Assembly: GCA_963749975.1 (NCBI GenBank)
Contig: CAVVOZ010000037.1
Span: forward strand, 205,935-269,934
Direction: 5' to 3'
Length of the DNA: 64,000 bases
From: an uncultured Candidatus Rokubacteria bacterium
GTDB lineage: Bacteria; Methylomirabilota; Methylomirabilia; Rokubacteriales; DASRDR01
Shown: positions 60,204 to 64,000 of the stretch, piece after piece
How positions within the stretch are numbered: the first letter of the stretch is position 1
Layout: each line of letters opens with the position of its first letter
Notes under the pieces: model-generated
What the model was told of the DNA's origin: nothing
Database searches by the model: none
Seen by the model: only the letters and a program-made list of their open reading frames with translations
Made by a program: the position numbers and the translations under genes

Positions 60204-60578
60204 TCAGTCCCGGTAGAGCTCGACCGTGTAGCCGTTCGGGTCCTGCACGTAGACCGCGTCACGCCCCCGGCGTCCCTCGATCCGGACCCCCGCGCGCCTG
60301 AGCCGTGCCATCGCCGCGCGCCATCCCGCGGAGGGCACGCGGAGCCCGAGATGATCGAAGCCGCCGGCGCTCCCGTCGAACGCCCGGCGGGTCGCGACGA
60401 AGTTCAGGAGGTCCCCGCCGCCCGGGCTTTCGAGGAAGAGCATCCCCCGGTGCGGGAACGCGACGCGGAGCCCGAGGACGTCCACGTAGAAGCGCTCCGT
60501 CGCGCGGAGGTCCCGGCTCCGCAGGGCGACGTGGCGGAGGCCGCGGGGCCCGGTCGGCCGGCGCGCCGGCCGCGTCAC
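60204..60578 (-). CDS. VOC-family (glyoxalase/bleomycin-resistance fold) protein
   Basis: 124 aa. ..LRHVALRSRDLRATERFYVDVLGL...FDHLGLRV...VYVQDPNGYTVEL.. GTG start overlaps the upstream stop by 4 nt. Confidence 0.7.
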   Translation of the reverse strand: MTRPARRPTGPRGLRHVALRSRDLRATERFYVDVLGLRVAFPHRGMLFLESPGGGDLLNFVATRRAFDGSAGGFDHLGLRVPSAGWRAAMARLRRAGVRIEGRRGRDAVYVQDPNGYTVELYRD

Positions 60579-61393
60579 GGCGGCGCCGACCACACGACGG
60601 CGCCCCGCGCGTCCGCGAGGGCGAGAGCCGCGCCCCGCCCGGGCGCGAGGGTCATGGTCGCTCGCGCTCGCCCGTCCGCGCCATTGAGGTTGAGGGCGGG
60701 CGTGCCGTCGGCGAGCACGGACAGCCCCGCCCGGTTGCGTCCGTCGCCGTCCCGCAGCAGGAGGTCTGGCGTGCCGTCCGGCTGGACGCGCAGCACGGTC
60801 CGGGCCGTGCCCCGGCCGTCCGCCAGCTCGAGCCCCGCGTCGGACCCGCGGATCCCGAAGGTCGCGCGCACCACGCCGGCCGCGTCGTAGGCGACGATCG
60901 CCGGCGCCGGCTCGCGCCCGCCCGTCGAGCGGCCCGGGGCGCTCCCGTGGAAGAGCGCCGCCGCCAGGCGAGGCTTCCCGGCGGGATCGAAGAGCGCGAA
61001 GCCCGGCGCGCCGTCGGGCCCCACGACCAGGGCCGCGCGGACCGTCACGCCGTCGGTGTCGAAGAGGGTCAGCCCGGGCGCCCCGCCGGCGCCGACCGTC
61101 AGCACCGCGCGCGGCTGGCCGCTCGGGTCGTGAAGCGTGAGGCGGGGGGTGTCGTCGGCCTCCCAGCCGAGCGTCGCGCCGGCGCGGCCGCGCGCGTCCC
61201 GCAGGACGAAGCGCTCGGCCTCGACCGTGCGGGCAGGGCTCGCGGGCCGGGGTGCCCGGGGCGGGCTCTGGCCGAGGAGCAGGAGGGCCGCGATCGCGAG
61301 CCACGAGCCGAGGGCCACGCGTCTCCATCGGCGGCCCTCGCGCTCGAGCCGATCGAGTCGGGCCGAGACGGCATCCGAAGCGGTGAGCGGCAT
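60575..61393 (-). CDS. membrane-anchored tandem-repeat protein (about 22-aa repeats)
   Basis: N-terminal cytoplasmic segment, one TM (VALGSWLAIAALLLLG), then about 10 degenerate repeats of the form (L/V)xLxDxxGxxRAxLxVxxDGxPx. No named family recognised. Confidence 0.55.
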   Translation of the reverse strand: MPLTASDAVSARLDRLEREGRRWRRVALGSWLAIAALLLLGQSPPRAPRPASPARTVEAERFVLRDARGRAGATLGWEADDTPRLTLHDPSGQPRAVLTVGAGGAPGLTLFDTDGVTVRAALVVGPDGAPGFALFDPAGKPRLAAALFHGSAPGRSTGGREPAPAIVAYDAAGVVRATFGIRGSDAGLELADGRGTARTVLRVQPDGTPDLLLRDGDGRNRAGLSVLADGTPALNLNGADGRARATMTLAPGRGAALALADARGAVVWSAPP

Positions 61394-61506
61394 CGCGACC
61401 TCCCCTCGGCCGCGTGACCCGGCCAGGGCGCCGGATCCTCGGCGCGGCCGCTATGACGCTATGCGAGACCCCGCGTACTCGGTCACCGTGCCGCCGGCCG
61501 CCGTCC

Positions 61507-62931
61507 TCAGTCGAGCGGGGGGCGGTGCGACGCCCAGGGCTGGAGCGTCTCGAAGCAGGCGGCCGCCCGGAGCACGTCCGTCTCGCGGTGCCAGCGCCCG
61601 ACGATCTGGAGCCCGACGGGCAGCTTCTCCCGCGTGAAGCCGCACGGCACGTTGGCGGCGGGATAGCCCGTCAGGTTGAAGGGATACATGAACGGCACGC
61701 GGTCGAAGATGGAGTGAGCGGGCTTGCCGCCCAGGTCGGGCAGACCTTCGAAGGGGCCGGGGTCGGCGGGCCAGGCGGCGACCGGCATCTGCGGCGTCAG
61801 GAGGAGCTGATAGCGGTCGAGCGTCTTGCGCACCTTCTCGCAGAACTCGGTCCGCGCCAGATGCGCCTTCAGGTAGTCGATCGACGTCCACTGGGCGGCG
61901 TCGAGAATCATGCGCATGAGCGTGGGCTCGATCCAGTCGGGGCGCTCCCGGGCGCGATCGTAGTTCCGCGCGGCCACGCTCGCGGAGTAGATGATCTTGT
62001 GGAACTCGTAGGGGTGCCCCCAGTCGATCTTCGCCTCCTCCACGTGGGCGCCCAGCTCCTCGAACCGCCGGGCCGCGCGCGCCGTCAGCTCCGCGACCTC
62101 CGGGTTCACCGAGGCGAAGCCGAGGTCGACGCTCCAGCCCACGCGCCAGCCGCGCACGTCGCCCTCGCAGGCGGCGAGATAGTCCTCCGGCGGCGCGTCG
62201 ATCGAGAGCGGGTCGCGCGCGTCGGGGCCCGCCAGGACCTGCAGCAGGATCGCCGCGTCCCGGACGGTCCGCGTCATCGGGCCGTTGTGCGAGCGGGCGT
62301 TCCAGAGATCCGCGCTCGGCCAGTAGGGCACGCGGGCGAGCGAGGGCTTGAGGCCGAAGATCCCGCAGAGCGCCGAGGGGATGCGGATCGAGCCGGAGCC
62401 GTCGGAGCCGTGGGCCAGGGGGCCGAGCCCGGCCGCGACCGCGGCTCCCGCGCCGCCCGAGGAGGCGCCCGACGTGCGGGCGAGGTTCCAGGGGTTCTTG
62501 CACGGCGGGCCGATCAGGTTGTCGCACATGTCCTTGTAGCCGAAGTGGGGCGTGTTCGTCTTGCCGAGCAGCACGCCCCCGGAGCCGCGGAGCCTCGAGG
62601 CGACCGCGCCGTCCTCGGCCGGGACGTTGTGCTCGAAGAACTTGGATCCGTACGTCGTCCTGATGCCCGCCGTCGGCTCGAGATCCTTGATGGAGTACGG
62701 GATGCCGTCCAGGGGACCGCGAGGCTGGCCGCGCACGAGGCGCGCCTCGGCGGCCCGCGCGAGCTCGCGCGCGTGATCGGCCGTGACCGTGAGGTAGGCG
62801 TTCAGCTTCGGATTCAGTCGCTCGATCCGGGCAAGCGCCGCCTCCGTGACCTCCACCGGCGAGAGGGTCTTCGCACGGTAGAGCCGGCCGAGCTCGAGGG
62901 CGGGCGTGTAGGACAGGTCGGTCGCGTTCAT
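61507..62931 (-). CDS. amidase (amidase-signature family, GatA-like)
   Basis: 474 aa with the GGSSGGxGAAVAAG signature (TSGASSGGAGAAVAAGLGPLAHGSDGSGSIRIPSALCG) containing the Ser-cisSer-Lys catalytic residues. Confidence 0.9.
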   Translation of the reverse strand: MNATDLSYTPALELGRLYRAKTLSPVEVTEAALARIERLNPKLNAYLTVTADHARELARAAEARLVRGQPRGPLDGIPYSIKDLEPTAGIRTTYGSKFFEHNVPAEDGAVASRLRGSGGVLLGKTNTPHFGYKDMCDNLIGPPCKNPWNLARTSGASSGGAGAAVAAGLGPLAHGSDGSGSIRIPSALCGIFGLKPSLARVPYWPSADLWNARSHNGPMTRTVRDAAILLQVLAGPDARDPLSIDAPPEDYLAACEGDVRGWRVGWSVDLGFASVNPEVAELTARAARRFEELGAHVEEAKIDWGHPYEFHKIIYSASVAARNYDRARERPDWIEPTLMRMILDAAQWTSIDYLKAHLARTEFCEKVRKTLDRYQLLLTPQMPVAAWPADPGPFEGLPDLGGKPAHSIFDRVPFMYPFNLTGYPAANVPCGFTREKLPVGLQIVGRWHRETDVLRAAACFETLQPWASHRPPLD

Positions 62932-63095
62932 CGGGGCCTCCTGATGGTAATCGACGAAGCGCGGGCGGACCCGCCTTCCGGCGATCCGCCCGACGGACCT
63001 CAGGGTAGGGCGGGGCGCGGCGGCTGTCCAGGGGGTCCGGGTGTTGTGCGATGATCGACGGCGCCGTCATCTCTCGCGAACGGAGGCCCGTCCCA

Positions 63096-64000
63096 ATGCC
63101 CGATCCGAAGCCCCTCGTGCTCTGCCCGCCCGATCCTCTCCGCGAGTTCGTCGCCGCCGTCGCCCGGCGCATGGGGGCGGACCTTGATGTGGCGGCGGAG
63201 CTCGCGCGCCACCTGGTGGGCTCCAATCTCGCCGGTCACGACTCCCACGGCGTCATCCGGGTTCCGCAGTACGTCGGCGACACCGACCAGGGCTTGCTCG
63301 TTCCGTCGGCGCGTCCCGTGCTCACGCGGGGCGGCACGGTGGCCGGTCTCGTGGACGCGCGACGCGGGTTCGGCCAGCACTCGACGATGTTCGCGCTCGA
63401 GTGGGCGATCGAGCGGGCGCGCCAGCACGGGGTGGCGATGGTGGCGGTCCGGCACTCGACCCACATCGGCCGGCTCGGCGAGTACGCCGAGCGCGCGGCC
63501 GCCGAGGGCCTGATCGGCATCGTGACGGTGGGGGCGGTGGGCGCCGGCATCGGCGGCGTCGTGCCCTTCGGAGGCCGGACGCGCTTTCTCGGGACCAACC
63601 CCTGGGCGCTCTCGGTGCCGGGGCGCCGGCGCCACTTCATCTTCGACGCCGCGACGTCGACGCTGGCCGAGGGCAAGGTCCGCGTGGCGCGGGCGGCCGG
63701 AAAGCCGCTCCCGCCCGACGCCATCGTGGACCCGGACGGGCACCCGACCCGTGACGCCGAGGCGTTCTACGCGGGCGGGGCGCTCCTGCCGCTCGGCGGC
63801 GCCGTCGCCGGGCACAAGGGCTACGGGCTCGGGCTCGCCTCCGCGCTGCTCGGCGCGCTCGGGATGATCGGCGACCCGGAGCCCACGCTGGTCGGCGCGG
63901 CGCCGCCCGAGACCGCGGATGCCCGCGGCCGCATCGCCGGCGTGTTCCTCCAGGTCGTGGACCCGGCGGCGTTTGGCGATCCGGCCCGCTACGTCGAGCT
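63096..64000 (+). CDS. Ldh_2-family (malate/L-lactate/sulfolactate dehydrogenase family 2) oxidoreductase, 3' end outside window
   Basis: RBS CGGAGG-N7-ATG 63096. ..LAGHDSHGVIRVPQYV.., ..HSTHIGRLGEYAERAA.., ..GTNPWALSVPG..HFIFDAATS.., ..GHKGYGLG.. are Ldh_2 family motifs. No stop before the window end. Confidence 0.8.
   Translation, partial: MPDPKPLVLCPPDPLREFVAAVARRMGADLDVAAELARHLVGSNLAGHDSHGVIRVPQYVGDTDQGLLVPSARPVLTRGGTVAGLVDARRGFGQHSTMFALEWAIERARQHGVAMVAVRHSTHIGRLGEYAERAAAEGLIGIVTVGAVGAGIGGVVPFGGRTRFLGTNPWALSVPGRRRHFIFDAATSTLAEGKVRVARAAGKPLPPDAIVDPDGHPTRDAEAFYAGGALLPLGGAVAGHKGYGLGLASALLGALGMIGDPEPTLVGAAPPETADARGRIAGVFLQVVDPAAFGDPARYVE

Overview
This is a high-GC (about 70%) bacterial chromosomal segment. 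Its core is a long, intact division/cell-wall (dcw) cluster at 12.6-29 kb: mraZ-rsmH-ftsL-ftsI-murE-murF-mraY-murD-ftsW-murC-murB-ftsQ-ftsA-ftsZ, followed by pgeF-yggS-proC-yggT-divIVA-yggU-mtnA and an aminotransferase. murG and ddl are absent from the cluster.

The flanks hold three kinds of content:
- Sugar and sugar-acid utilisation genes: an IlvD/EDD-family dehydratase, an SDR, an MFS transporter, GH127, an SMP-30 lactonase, an aldose 1-epimerase, GH31 and a sugar ABC transporter.
- A lone AceE-type E1 component, a bactofilin, hisZ-purA, and small-molecule metabolism genes (cupin, DMT transporter, amidase, Ldh_2, VOC).
- Many genes interrupted by frameshifts. These are concentrated in a peptide ABC operon at 8.2-11.1 kb and in a 'graveyard' at 35.8-39.9 kb.

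The frameshifts are pure indels in otherwise well-conserved proteins, so unpolished assembly errors cannot be excluded.

The most distinctive locus is at 55.9-57.8 kb. There a tRNA-Lys(UUU) and a diverged copy of its promoter plus 5' half bracket a 1.7 kb lower-GC islet. The islet encodes only an XRE HTH regulator and an ImmA/IrrE (CapH/CapP-like) metallopeptidase, with a palindromic operator and no integrase.

Two further features stand out. A short repeat family (CCACAGGCCG twice, then AGGCCGT) occurs at three intergenic sites. A textbook MraZ operator (two GTGGGATGAA boxes) sits just downstream of the mraZ promoter.
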